Shown here piece after piece: positions 39,201-50,359 of a stretch of 64,000 bases of DNA. The position numbers and the translations under genes are program-made. Within the stretch, counting starts at the first letter, position 1. Each line of letters starts with the position of its first letter. Location: assembly GCA_032718475.1 (NCBI GenBank), contig JAUCBJ010001720.1, positions 1-64,000 on the forward strand. Direction: 5' to 3'. This DNA is from Nemertoderma westbladi. Lineage: Eukaryota > Animalia > Xenacoelomorpha. The notes under the pieces were generated by a model, which was given only the letters and a program-made list of their open reading frames with translations, did not search any database and was not told the DNA's origin.

Positions 39201-42200
39201 TATCCAGTTAGTAGATGGAACTACAGTAGAATGTTATAGGTTTAGAACCCTACATATCCAGTTAGTAGATGGAACTACAGTAGAATGTTGTAGGTTTAGG
39301 TCTCCTACATATCCAGTTAGTAGATGGAACTACAGTAGAATGTTGTAGGTTTAGGACCCTACATATCCAGTTAGTAGATGGAACTACAGTAGAATGTTGT
39401 AGGTTTAGGTCTCCTACATATCCAGTTAGTAGATGGAACTACAGTAGAATGTTGTAGGTTTAGGTCTCCAACATATCCAGTTAGTAGATGGAACTACAGT
39501 AGAATGTTGTAGGTTTAGGACCCTACATATCCAGTTAGTAGATGGAACTACAGTAGAATGTTGTAGGTTTAGGACCCTACATATCCAGTTAGTAGATGGA
39601 ACTACAGTAGAATGTTGTAGGTTTAGGACCCTACATATCCAGTTAGTAGATGGAACTACAGTAGAATGTTGTAGGTTTAGGACCCTACATATCCAGTTAG
39701 TAGATGGAACTACAGTAGAATGTTGTAGGTTTAGGACCCTACATATCCAGTTAGTAGATGGAACTACAGTAGAATGTTGTAGGTTTAGGACCCTACATAT
39801 CCAGTTAGTAGATGGAACTACAGTAGAATGTTGTAGGTTTAGGTCTCCAACATATCCAGTTAGTAGATGGAACTACAGTAGAATGTTGTAGGTTTAGGAC
39901 CCTACATATCCAGTTAGTAGATGGAACTACAGTAGAATGTTGTAGGTTTAGGACCCTACATATCCAGTTAGTAGATGGAACTACAGTAGAATGTTGTAGG
40001 TTTAGGACCCTACATATCCAGTTAGTAGATGGAACTACAGTAGAATGTTGTAGGTTTAGGACCCTACATATCCAGTTAGTAGATGGAACTACAGTAGAAT
40101 GTTGTAGGTTTAGGTCTCCTACATATCCAGTTAGTAGATGGAACTACAATAGAATGTTGTAGGTTTAGGACCCTACATATCCAGTTAGTAGATGGAACTA
40201 CAGTAGAATGTTGTAGGTTTAGGACCCTACATATCCAGTTAGTAGATGGAACTACAGTAGAATGTTGTAGGTTTAGGACCCTACATATCCAGTTAGTAGA
40301 TGGAACTACAGTAGAATGTTGTAGGTTTAGGACCCTACATATCCAGTTAGTAGATGGAACTACAGTAGAATGTTGTAGGTTTAGGACCCTACATATCCAG
40401 TTAGTAGATGGAACTACAGTAGAATGTTGTAGGTTTAGGACCCTACATATCCAGTTAGTAGATGGAACTACAGTAGAATGTTGTAGGTTTAGGTCCCTAC
40501 ATATCCAGTAAGTAGATGGAACTACAATAGAATGTTGTAGGTTTAGGTCTCCTACATATCCAGTTAGTAGATGGAACTACCGTAAAATGTTGTAGGTTTA
40601 GGACCCTACATATCCAGTTAGTAGATGGAACTACAGTAGAATGTTGTAGGTTTAGGTCTCCTACATATCCAGTTAGTAGATGGAACTACAGTAGAATGTT
40701 GTAGGTTTAGGTCTCCTACATATCCAGTTAGTAGATGGAACTACCGTAAAATGTTGTAGGTTTAGGACCCTACATATCCAGTTAGTAGATGGAACTACAG
40801 TAGAATGTTGTAGGTTTAGGTCTCCTACATATCCAGTTAGTAGATGGAACTACAGTACAATGTTGTAGGTTTAGGACCCTACATATCCAGTAAGTAGATG
40901 GAACTACAGTAGAATGTTGTAGGTTTAGGTCTCCTACATATCCAGTAAGTAGATGGAACTACAGTAGAATGTTGTAGGTTTAGGACCCTACATATCCAGT
41001 AAGTAGATGGAACTACAGTAGAATGTTGTAGGTTTAGGTCTCCTACATATCCAGTTAGTAGATGGAACTACAGTAGAATGTTGTAGGTTTAGGTCTCCTA
41101 CATATCCAGTTAGTAGATGGAACTACCGTAAAATGTTGTAGGTTTAGGACCCTACATATCCAGTTAGTAGATGGAACTACAGTAGAATGTTGTAGGTTTA
41201 GGTCTCCTACATATCCAGTTAGTAGATGGAACTACAGTAGAATGTTGTAGGTTTAGGTCTCCTACATATCCAGTTAGTAGATGGAACTACAGTAGAATGT
41301 TGTAGGTTTAGGACCCTACATATCCAGTTAGTAGATGGAACTACAGTAGAATGTTGTAGGTTTAGGACCCTACATATCCAGTTAGTAGATGGAACTACAG
41401 TAGAATGTTGTAGGTTTAGGTCCCTACATATCCAGTAAGTAGATGGAACTACAATAGAATGTTGTAGGTTTAGGACCCTACATATCCAGTTAGTAGATGG
41501 AACTACAGTAGAATGTTGTAGGTTTAGGTCCCTACATATCCAGTTAGTAGATGGAACTACAGTAGAATGTTGTAGGTTTAGGTCCCTACATATCCAGTAA
41601 GTAGATGGAACTACAATAGAATGTTGTAGGTTTAGGTCTCCTACATATCCAGTTAGTAGATGGAACTACCGTAAAATGTTGTAGGTTTAGGACCCTACAT
41701 ATCCAGTTAGTAGATGGAACTACAGTAGAATGTTGTAGGTTTAGGTCTCCTACATATCCAGTTAGTAGATGGAACTACAGTAGAATGTTGTAGGTTTAGG
41801 TCTCCTACATATCCAGTTAGTAGATGGAACTACAGTAGAATGTTGTAGGTTTAGGACCCTACATATCCAGTTAGTAGATGGAACTACAGTAGAATGTTGT
41901 AGGTTTAGGACCCTACATATCCAGTTAGTAGATGGAACTACAGTAGAATGTTGTAGGTTTAGGTCCCTACATATCCAGTAAGTAGATGGAACTACAATAG
42001 AATGTTGTAGGTTTAGGTCTCCTACATATCCAGTTAGTAGATGGAACTACCGTAAAATGTTGTAGGTTTAGGACCCTACATATCCAGTTAGTAGATGGAA
42101 CTACCGTAAAATGTTGTAGGTTTAGGTCTCCTACATATCCAGTTAGTAGATGGAACTACAATAGAATGTTGTAGGTTTAGGTCTCCTACATATCCAGTTA

Positions 42201-45200
42201 GTAGATGGAACTACTGTAGAATGTTGTAGTATTAGGTCTCCTACATATCCAGTAAGTAGATGGAACTACAGTAGAATGTTGTAGGTTTAGGTCTCCTACA
42301 TATCCAGTTAGTAGATGGAACTACAGTAGAATGTTGTAGGTTTAGGACCCTACATATCCAGTTAGTAGATGGAACTACAGTAGAATGTTGTAGGTTTAGG
42401 TCTCCTACATATCCAGTAAGTAGATGGAACTACAGTAGAATGTTGTAGGTTTAGGTCTCCTACATATCCAGTAAGTAGATGGAACTACAGTAGAATGTTG
42501 TAGGTTTAGGACCCTACATATCCAGTAAGTAGATGGAACTACAGTAGAATGTTGTAGGTTTAGAACCCTACATATCCAGTTAGTAGATGGAACTACAGTA
42601 GAATGTTGTAGGTTTAGGTCTCCTACATATCCAGTTAGTAGATGGAACTACAGTAGAATGTTGTAGGTTTAGGACCCTACATATCCAGTTAGTAGATGGA
42701 ACTACAGTAGAATTTTGTAGGTTTAGGTCTCCTACATATCCAGTTAGTAGATGGAACTACAGTAGAATTTTGTAGGTTTAGGTCTCCTACATATCCAGTT
42801 AGTAGATGGAACTACAGTAGAATGTTGTAGGTTTAGGTCTCCTACATATCCAGTTAGTAGATGGAACTACAGTAGAATGTTGTAGGTTTAGGACCCTACA
42901 TATCCAGTTAGTAGATGGAACTACAGTAGAATTTTGTAGGTTTAGGTCTCCTACATATCCAGTTAGTAGATGGAACTACAGTAGAATGTTGTAGGTTTAG
43001 GACCCTACATATCCAGTTAGTAGATGGAACTACAGTAGAATGTTGTAGGTTTAGGTCTCCTACATATCCAGTAAGTAGATGGAACTACAGTAGAATGTTG
43101 TAGGTTTAGGTCTCCTACATATCCAGTTAGTAGATGGAACTACAGTACAATGTTGTAGGTTTAGGACCCTACATATCCAGTAAGTAGATGGAACTACAGT
43201 AGAATGTTGTAGGTTTAGGTCTCCTACATATCCAGTAAGTAGATGGAACTACAGTAGAATGTTGTAGGTTTAGGACCCTACATATCCAGTAAGTAGATGG
43301 AACTACAGTAGAATGTTGTAGGTTTAGGTCTCCTACATATCCAGTTAGTAGATGGAACTACAGTAGAATGTTGTAGGTTTAGGTCTCCTACATATCCAGT
43401 AAGTAGATGGAACTACAGTAGAATGTTGTAGGTTTAGGTCTCCTACATATCCAGTTAGTAGATGGAACTACAGCAGAATGTTGTAGGTTTAGGTCTCCTA
43501 CATATCCAGTTAGTAGATGGAACTACAATAGAATGTTGTAGGTTTAGGTCTCCTACATATCCAGTTAGTAGATGGAACTACAGTACAATGTTGTAGGTTT
43601 AGGACCCTACATATCCAGTAAGTAGATGGAACTACAGTAGAATGTTGTAGGTTTAGGTCTCCTACATATCCAGTAAGTAGATGGAACTACAGTAGAATGT
43701 TGTAGGTTTAGGACCCTACATATCCAGTAAGTAGATGGAACTACAGTAGAATGTTGTAGGTTTAGGTCTCCTACATATCCAGTTAGTAGATGGAACTACA
43801 GTAGAATGTTGTAGGTTTAGGTCTCCTACATATCCAGTAAGTAGATGGAACTACAGTAGAATGTTGTAGGTTTAGGTCTCCTACATATCCAGTTAGTAGA
43901 TGGAACTACAGCAGAATGTTGTAGGTTTAGGTCTCCTACATATCCAGTTAGTAGATGGAACTACAGTAGAATGTTGTAGGTTTAGGTCTCCTACATATCC
44001 AGTTAGTAGATGGAACTACAATAGAATGTTGTAGGTTTAGGTCTCCTACATATCCAGTTAGTAGATGGAACTACAGTACAATGTTGTAGGTTTAGGACCC
44101 TACATATCCAGTAAGTAGATGGAACTACAGTAGAATGTTGTAGGTTTAGGTCTCCTACATATCCAGTAAGTAGATGGAACTACAGTAGAATGTTGTAGGT
44201 TTAGGACCCTACATATTCAGTTAGTAGATGGAACTACAGTAGAATGTTGTAGGTTTAGGTCTCCTACATATCCAGTTAGTAGATGGAACTACAGTAGAAT
44301 GTTGTAGGTTTAGGTCTCCTACATATCCAGTTAGTAGATGGAACTACAGTAGAATGTTGTAGGTTTAGGTCCCTACATATCCAGTAAGTAGATGGAACTA
44401 CAGTAGAATGTTGTAGGTTTAGGTCTCCTACATATCCAGTTAGTAGATGGAACTACAGTAGAATGTTGTAGGTTTAGGTCTCCTACATATCCAGTTAGTA
44501 GATGGAACTACAGTAGAATGTTGTAGGTTTAGGTCTCCTACATATCCAGTTAGTAGATGGAACTACAGTAGAATGTTGTAGGTTTAGGTCCCTACATATC
44601 CAGTAAGTAGATGGAACTACAGTAGAATGTTGTAGGTTTAGGTCCCTACATATCCAGTAAGTAGATGGAACTACAGTAGAATGTTGTAGGTTTAGGTCTC
44701 CTAGGATGATGTATTTTGTTACATTATGACAACTTTTCAGTATTATCCATTGATATAGCGTGGATGATCGCCATTATAAGGTTTGCCCAGTGTAACATTG
44801 TGTACCGTTCTTGTTACTGTACAGTAACTGCAATTGATAACATAAGAAGGATTATGAATGTCATTAATATTCCCAAACATTACAATATTAAAGCTAATAA
44901 ATTAATTAAGCGTAATAATCATCATAATTATCATTTTATCTGGTTCCAAATACGCCTAGAAAGTGATGGCGAGGGAAAATTTGGGTCATGGCTGGCATCC
45001 AACGGTTTTAAGCTAAATCGAGTGTGCTGATTCCGAATCCGCCTGATGCCAAGCTCAATTATTAATTTTTGGGTCCCGTTTCACCATGGCAACATGGGGT
45101 CACTTGCAAAACATATAAATTAATTAATCTAAATATATTGTCAATATTACCCTCTATATATTTTTAATGATGGCGCCATAATAATGGATTGGCAGTCAGT

Positions 45201-46593
45201 TCAGAATCAGTTTAAAAAGAAATCCATTTAGGGTCTATTACCTTACATGTTCATAACCCAAGACAATTATTATTTACAGACGCCGCAGGTCTTTTTTTAT
45301 TACCATATCAACCGGAAACATTATGAGTATGTAGAATATCCATCAGAAACATTTAATTGGTAATTCAGATGCATTTCAATATGTTATATAGATAAAATTT
45401 ATGATCAATTTCATTATTACTTTCAATCAATTTCAATATTCTATTGTTACTGTAAATAATCGCCTGGTTGTCGCAAACCTTACTGCAGCTAAATTCTACA
45501 GTTGTTCTCTAACACCTTATATGTGCTCCCTAGCGGGAAGCTTTACCCTTTTGGCTCGAAACGTAATCTGCTGTCTTTACAGCACAACCCTCTAGGGGAG
45601 TGTTAGTAGTCCCACATTTCACACCCTTGTTTATTTATGGAAACTGTTCAGTGAGAGTTTGAACCATAACTAAATATTATATGGAAACTTTTTCGGGAGC
45701 TTATTATGGAATTTTGGCAAGCCCCCCCCACCCCCCACTATACAGTCGTGTAGTAACGTTTGCTTTAGTTGATTGGTGTGGAAAATAAGTCGTAATCATA
45801 TTTGATTTCAGTTTGTGGAGGAACTTTAGTGGTGGAGGCCGGTGAGTCACGAGAGTTGGTGAGTCATTCCCTATACGGCGACAACACGTACGACGCAGAC
45901 ACTCTGTGCAGATGGACCCTGACTGGGGCAGACTACTCGGTGGGGATAAACATCACGTGGTTGGGGTTCGAGTTCGAATGGGATCGAGATTGCGACTACG
46001 ATTACGTTGCTCTGTATAACGGAGGCGAAGTTGATGACGTCACAATTATAGGAAAATATTGCGGAGAAAAAGAGGTGATTATATATTACTCTCATATAGT
46101 ATATTATTTATATTTCATCAATATATATATATATATATATTTCTTGCAAATAATAAAAAGTGGAGACACGGAGGAATCTAGAGCAAATAATCCCACCTCG
46201 GCGAATTAATATCCCGCCTCAATGTTAAATTTTCAATGAAGGGAAAGGAGCAGGTTACAGTGGCACGTTATTCTTGCCAAAGCAATAAAGTAAAGTCAAT
46301 AGAACAGGTTATAGTTTATTTTTTAGAGTAATCAGCTATTATTTGCGTCAAATTTTCCCTCCGAGAGGGATGAATTTTGAAAAAATTATCATTTAAAATT
46401 TAATTACAATTTTATAAAGTCTTTGTAATAATACTTTTATATTGTTTAGATGCCGCCACAAGGACTGACTTCAAATGAATCTACGATGACTATTCTTCTA
46501 AAGACAGACGACACCATAAATAAAAAGGGATTCAAACTCCGATTTCAAGGTTACCAATTACCCGTGGGAACGAAAGCACTCGAAGCAACGTGA
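6234..46593 (+). CDS. Tolloid/BMP1-family astacin metalloprotease (prodomain-astacin-CUB-CUB-EGF-CUB-EGF-CUB-CUB); 5' exon(s) not found in window
   Basis: Exons 6234-6732, 13433-13611, 21072-21305, 21661-22192, 22340-22491, 23998-24097, 29735-29933, 30299-30473, 30748-30861, 31051-31190, 32016-32229, 45812-46074, 46450-46593(TGA); all GT-AG with consistent phases, ~980 codons. Motifs AFIGDIALD, furin site RGRR|[36 protein letters not shown] Met-turn, five CUB and two Ca-EGF domains (EIDEC, DLDEC). Confidence 0.95.
6692..13283 (+). repeat. 60-bp tandem array (~110 copies) built from the tolloid exon end plus 5' splice donor
   Basis: Unit gaggaaccaagttacattgagtttactaccaaaccttgtgg|GTGAGTtgtatgagtgata; the first copy is the real exon end (gaggaactgagttatattgcgtttactaccaaaccttgtgg|gtgagt). 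Confidence 0.98.
13663..13913. mobile_element. Putative MITE (family C) with G/C-tract terminal inverted repeats; related pieces at ~46200-46378, ~54481-54568, ~61770-61916
   Basis: Left end gataggggggaaactggacgcaa vs right end ttgcgtccagt(C)n tgtc; shared core ttattgttttggttaaaataacgtgccac..acctgctcctttccctaaattgagaatttaacattgaggcggga. Confidence 0.7.
14509..14640 (+). mobile_element. tRNA-related SINE-like repeat (family S1); other copies ~14345-14411(-), ~31305-31400(+), ~50100-50257(-), ~51347-51480(+)
   Basis: A-box-like tagctgaatggttagagc and B-box-like agttcgatccc, no acceptor stem, shared tail ggacgtcattgccgactttgcaaagctgtgcccaacaaaa. Confidence 0.7.
14825..16468 (-). CDS. ASH2L: ASH2L (Set1/MLL COMPASS subunit), intronless CDS, nested antisense in tolloid intron 13612-21071
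   Basis: 547-aa ORF: PHD-like CYCG...[12 protein letters not shown], winged helix ALANL...[33 protein letters not shown] domain ([44 protein letters not shown]), C-terminal DPY30-binding helix [10 protein letters not shown]. Confidence 0.97.
   Translation of the reverse strand: MLEESDELLSVCYCGRPRSLGTIELQCTTCSQWFHSECVSLPTAHLIPFLTNYTFHCRYCNPSHKEFLLKRQATYAQLCVTALANLTHVNRHNQPPRRFFSKDRDIVLFIDRNWERLNPVPRQPKSYWPPIIGKILAKESDIFQWRENSSVEEPRLYGLINFNLFLVGPLFAQSRLNTSRLWDDNLGGSVVKTISYHNGGSTVVGKAGGRGAKRKLLDGGGGGSYMGGRGGRRADPTPRLPPHGFPAEHPFNKDGYRYVLAEPDAFAQPEDFDPPTDALHGSKQPIPAHVYRVALQAPVLLAAHDRAPQLRLSDDRVSVTGDKGYSLCRGTHSVSAGCWYLEMDCVDLPEGSAVRIGWAQKLANLQAPLGYDKFGYSVRSRKGTRFHESRGRHYMSEGFTSGDVIGCLISLPQGGIDLPDNHKEEALIKFKGYFYFEVKDDATEEEKLMKPLVGSEIIFYKNGVSQGSAWSNIHRAAYFPAISLYKNATVRINCGPQFKFPPANTLGSNASISSDWRPFSDVAETQVVKSVLSDMLFHIEYDLTNSC
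16730..16781 (-). promoter_or_regulatory. Candidate ASH2L proximal promoter motifs
   Basis: GTCACATGAC E-box (16730-16739), TGAGTCA AP-1-like site (16766-16772) and CCAATCAG on the - strand (16774-16781), ~260-310 bp upstream of the ATG; motif matches only. Confidence 0.4.
17915..20790. repeat. Compound minisatellite: 20-bp monomer (accataaggtaacataagac) in 120/140-bp higher-order units
   Basis: Blocks of mostly 4-5 monomers alternate with ccaaccaagtaagataccaatcaattaactgacccaaatcatac; 16-bp sub-duplications appear distally. Confidence 0.97.
22680..23964 (+). mobile_element. 5'-truncated RTE-like LINE (family B), reverse transcriptase region, with internal deletion
   Basis: ORF 22739-23950: LPKKGDL...[37 protein letters not shown]; the segment after TLTKSL is missing relative to the 50360-51343 copy; (TAG)n tail. 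Confidence 0.92.
24140..29690. repeat. 22-bp tandem array (~250 copies) filling tolloid intron 24098-29734
   Basis: Unit tgtaactatgtaacgcccaacc with many point variants; starts ~40 nt after the donor and ends ~45 nt before the acceptor. Confidence 0.98.
30191..30262 (+). tRNA. tRNA-Glu (anticodon CTC), intronic
   Basis: Acceptor stem TCCGATG/CATCGGA, A-box tggtctagtgg, anticodon arm cctgg-ctCTCac-ccagg, T-arm ccggg-ttcaatt-cccgg; T6 Pol III terminator at 30271-30276. Confidence 0.96.
31572..31662 (-). mobile_element. tRNA-derived SINE-like repeat (family S2), partial copy
   Basis: Reverse complement resembles 61990-62085 (tccaccttagtgtagtggttgcattgaat...ggttcgat...ggccagggcagttttcgtttc). 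Confidence 0.65.
31787..31930. repeat. Short ~20-bp minisatellite (gatttgccacctatgtgagcc), ~7 copies
   Basis: Repeated tttgccacctat/atgccacctat cores. Confidence 0.85.
32215..44703 (+). repeat. 54/55-bp tandem array (~229 copies) built from the tolloid exon end plus 5' splice donor
   Basis: Unit tctcctacatatcca|GT(T/A)AGTagatggaactacagtagaatgttgtaggtttagg; the first copy is the real exon end (..ATC TCC TAC ATA TCC A|gttagt); the 54-bp variant has (a/t)ccc in place of tctcc. Confidence 0.98.
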
Positions 46594-46837
46594 TTGGTTG
46601 ACTCACGCAATAATGTCGATGGGACTCCTAATGGCCTCAATAATTAGTGCTGCTCAGAATGTACAATTAGTTATCGATTTTACCTCGTGATGACTTAATA
46701 TTAAAATTATAAGTTATTGATGAAAACTGCATGTAATGTGTGCGGATTACAACGTCATCTGTTTTTTACTGGTTAGGTAACATCCTTGGTGCAATGGTGA
46801 TATCATTATAGAATGTGACATCAATGTTTAACCAATT

Positions 46838-47044
46838 AGCTCAAACTGCAGACTTCATAAGCTCAAACTACAGACTTCACAGACTTCATAAGCTCATACT
46901 GCAGACTTCACAGACTTCATAAGCTCAAACTGCAGACTTCATAAGCTCAAACTACAGACTTCACAGACTTCATAAGCTCATACTGCAGACTTCACAGACT
47001 TCATAAGCTCAAACTGCAGACTTCATAAGCTCAAACTGCAGACT
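46838..47044. repeat. 22/31-bp minisatellite downstream of the tolloid stop (probable 3' UTR or flank)
   Basis: agctcaaactgcagacttc(acagacttc)ata repeated ~8 times. Confidence 0.85.
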
Positions 47045-47369
47045 AGGAAGCATCTTCTGTTATATTTTTTGAGGCATGAAATTGTTATCTTAGTAGGCCT
47101 ATTCGGAGAATTCTGCCAGCAGTCCAAACCTCTCTAATATATCTCTGTAATCTGCATAGCTGCGTTGTAGCTCTATTAAGAATGCTAGCCGCGCCATAAA
47201 ACCTCTAATTACCATCGTCACCATAATTTCCTCAGGGAACATTTTAGGTTAAAATGCGCGTTAACTATTACATCTATGGGTCAATCTCACTAAAAGTGCC
47301 CAAACCGAGGTTGATTATTCACAAAAAATAAAGTTAACTATAATATAGCCCTATATATCATTTTCATTT

Positions 47370-48800
47370 CGTGGGTAATCTGGTAAAACCCCTTAAGTCG
47401 ATTTTTGGCCATTTTCAGGTTTTTGGTGATTTTGGTACCTTAGATTGATATCCACCTTCTGACAAAACCCCAGAAATTATAACAGCGTTAATAACGGAGA
47501 AAAACGCAAAATAAGATCCCGTCTAAATATCGCTATAATAGGAAAAAACTCTTGTTTAAGCACCTTCATCAATATGGGATTTAATTTCTGATAAAACCCC
47601 TTAAATTAGATATTAGGGGGTTTCTTATTAGTTAAATATCAGAGGGACTTTTAATTATTCGTTCTGATAAAACCCCCAAAAATGCCCGTTTGCCACAATA
47701 TGGTAGGATAATTGGCCTTGAATTAATTAATGGAGTGAGTTTTGAAGTAGGTCTACGGTATTAGTATTAAATGAATAGGTTGCCTACTCAAAACCTAACA
47801 GTTTTTTTAAATAGCTGAAAATTTGTAATGCTTATTTTAACCTTTGGTGAAAATCGGGGGAGGGGGGTCAATTTACAGTTACAGTTAGACAGTTATAAAA
47901 ATAGGGAGTCTGGGCTGTCCCGTGGAATAAAACGGAATCTAAAGCTCTCGGAATCTTTAGAGCAGCAGTAGAACCAGTACTCGTATATGGGAGTCTGTGC
48001 TGGCTTCTAACTGCAGAGGATTCCAAATCTCTGGATGGCACTTTCACAAGAATGATGTGCCGGGTTCATTGTGTCAAGTATAATGAACACATCTCCAATC
48101 AGACTCTATACAACATTGGAGGAAACATCCATTAGTCTTCCTTAGCTTGACACTTGACCTGAACCGCCTCCGCTTTGCAGGACATTGCTTTCGCCGTGAG
48201 TACCAGCCAGTGCATAATATTGTGCTTTGGCGAATAAATAAACATGGTGGACAGCCCATGCCTTTCTTGGGACGCCTGTTAGAGGCGTATCTAAACACTG
48301 GCCTTGAAGATGCGGATGATCTAGCAAATGTCATGGGTGGTAGGGAGATGTGATGTAATATATACAGTATGTAATACATAATAATGCAGTTGCAATGCAG
48401 CATGCTGATAGAAGTAGTAATTATAAAAATAATGGTAATATTACAGTGTTTCTAATATAAGAGCTTTGCTTTATTGAACCCTTAGACCCACTAATAAGTA
48501 ATTTAATGGGCCAGACTGTATCTGATAAAACCCCAGATGCTAAAGATAACCCCCCTTAATTGTATGTTCTAACCTAACTATTTTGTTTCACAATCTGGCA
48601 AAACAACAGATATCAAATTAAATGGTCTAAAATGCGATCTACCTCTAAAAATATGTGCCCAAACATATTATACGCTATTTTAGATTATATTTAGTCAAAA
48701 ATTAGATCGCATTACTCAAGATATCTTAAAATATTCAGTTTTTTTCGTTTTTCTCAAAACTACAAAAATCGACTTAAGGGGTTTTGTCGAATTACCGACG
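47370..48800. mobile_element. Non-autonomous TIR DNA element (~38-bp imperfect TIRs) carrying a LINE insertion
   Basis: Left cgtgggtaatctggtaaaaccccttaagtcgatttttg; right end reverse complement cgtcggtaattcgacaaaaccccttaagtcgatttttg; internal repeated tctgataaaacccc motif. Confidence 0.7.
47955..48420 (+). mobile_element. 3' fragment of RTE-like LINE (family A)
   Basis: RLRFAGHCFRRE.QPVHN.VLW, DADDLANVMG; ends gcagttgcaatgcagcatgctgat plus a degenerate AGT-type tail. Confidence 0.85.
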
Positions 48801-50359
48801 ATTTGAAAGGTATTTCTGAGACGAACACAATGGTGGTAGTTGCTAAGCTCTTTTTAGAAACATGAATTATAATTAGGATTGAAAGAGCGTCCTGTAACAT
48901 AAATTTACGGTCATGTAATGGACAGTTTAGGAGTGTTTAAACAAACTGTCCTTCATGTAACGAAAAATCCACTCATGCGCACCACAGTTACAGTAGGCCC
49001 ATTCTTTACTATTTTATAATATGCCATACCAAATAAGAATAATCATTATTTAAGTTGTAATACAGTAGATTGCCTGTGGGGCGAGCCAATTTAGTAGTAA
49101 ACGAACTTAGTATACATGTACCACTATCTCAACCTCGTGTCTGTCTGTCTTTCGGTTTAATGTTTTAAAGCTTACATATCAGGAACTCTCCACTTTCTTA
49201 AACTAAAACTATGTACTGTAGGACTGAAATATTAAAATAATTTACATACGGACAGACTTCTACAGTTCGCCTGTCGGCCGCTTAAGGGGGATACATAACA
49301 ATAAAAGTTATCTTAATTCATTGCCTTTTATCAGTTCCAGCTGAAACTTGGAAGACATGTACTAGAATATCAGCTGTCTTTCAAAGGAGGCTAATCTGCC
49401 TGCAGTGATCTGGTGTGCCGCTAGAGGGCAAAATCTCTGAAGATTAAAACCTCCACCCGTCTCTTTGATTTTAATCCGTTTAACGGTTTAACACTTGGTA
49501 TATATACTAGAAAATTGTCTGTGTCTTTGTGGGACGCTGCTCCATCTTTACTTTAAAGTAAGCCGCTAGAGGGCGAACTAGTTAGTAGCTTCTGTATAGC
49601 AATTAATGCTTGCAAGTGCAAACTGAACAAATCATGTATTGATATTTCTGGAAATAATTATTTTCGTAGCCTATATCTAACGGAGATTAGTACACTATCT
49701 TATCTAAGCTCTCGTGAAGGCCCCACAACATGTTTATTGCGACTAGACTAATTCAACACTTGAATAATGAGAGTACTACTTCAGCTTCTGCGTAATAAAG
49801 CAACTTAACTGCACTGTATATTAGTTAGTAAAATACTTCTTTCAATCCATAAAAAGGATACACGAGATATAAAGAAGATACACAAACAAAGGCAGTCAAA
49901 TAAAGTAAGTAGTGGCCTTTAGCACATCCTACTATACTAGCTAAAGTCTTGGAGGAAACCGACCCTTCACCTGTGATCAGTACAAACGGGATAAACATAC
50001 AATGTACTCCAAACTGTGGGACGAGAGGCTACAATCCTCCCATGCCAGACATGAATTTTACATTTCTACCTAATCTACCTACTAAGGCTAATATTATTAT
50101 CACTTTTTGTTGGGCACAGCTTTGCAAAGTCGTCAATGACGTCCAGGTGGGATCGAACTGGTGACCTCCGGGATGGAAGTCTGACGCTCAAACCATTCTG
50201 CTAGCGGCTCAGGTAAAAGATAGACCTGGAAATACTATCTGATACCTTGTATGTCCGGAATTTACCTCCCCATGGCCTCCCATTTGTCAATACCTCATCT
50301 GCTGCCACTGTGCTCTATCCTACAGTACTTGGCCGTCTTTCACTATTCGCTACAATGAA

